Of a stretch of 64,000 nucleotides of DNA, positions 57,805-64,000 are shown one piece after another (the stretch's first letter is position 1; every line of letters starts with the position of its first letter). A program made the position numbers and the translations under genes. The stretch lies in assembly GCA_002269645.1 (NCBI GenBank), contig NIVC01001201.1, positions 272,806-336,805 of the forward strand, in the 5' to 3' direction. A model generated the notes under the pieces. That model saw nothing but the letters and a program-made list of their open reading frames with translations. It was not told where the DNA came from and did no database searches. Origin of the DNA: Macrostomum lignano (lineage: Eukaryota).

Positions 57805-64000
<6,196 letters not shown>

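Overview
Eukaryotic (metazoan) genomic DNA. Exons are GC- and CpG-rich with GT-AG introns, and many introns are filled by their own minisatellite. This style suggests a free-living flatworm such as Macrostomum (inference from sequence style only). Gene models built by hand from splice sites and frame continuity: an orphan terminal exon (633-766); ENT4/SLC29A4-like transporter (-, 4 exons); IQCH (+, uninterrupted ORF); a divergent Na,K-ATPase beta-like gene (-); a TRPM-type channel with about 6-7 canonical ankyrin repeats in place of the N-terminal MHR1/2 region (+, 5 exons, one frameshift); a thioredoxin-fold-like orphan (-); SGSM1/2 RUN-TBC Rab GAP (+, 14 exons); a coiled-coil/NHL-like gene (-, 2 frameshifts); and the 5' part of a polycystin-1-like gene (signal peptide-WSC-PKD-REJ, +, many frameshifts, runs off the window). 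Mobile DNA: a full-length 4.8-kb non-LTR retrotransposon with a 13-bp TSD whose ORF1 stop overlaps the ORF2 start (TAATG); two head-to-tail Helitron-like non-autonomous units of about 2.8 kb; tRNA-derived SINE copies. About 16 frame-breaking indels, nearly all single-base losses in short runs, cluster in the last 10 kb and most likely reflect long-read consensus error. Best leads: the ankyrin-TRPM architecture, the TAATG-coupled retrotransposon and the Helitron tandem. All domain calls come from recalled motifs; no database search was run.
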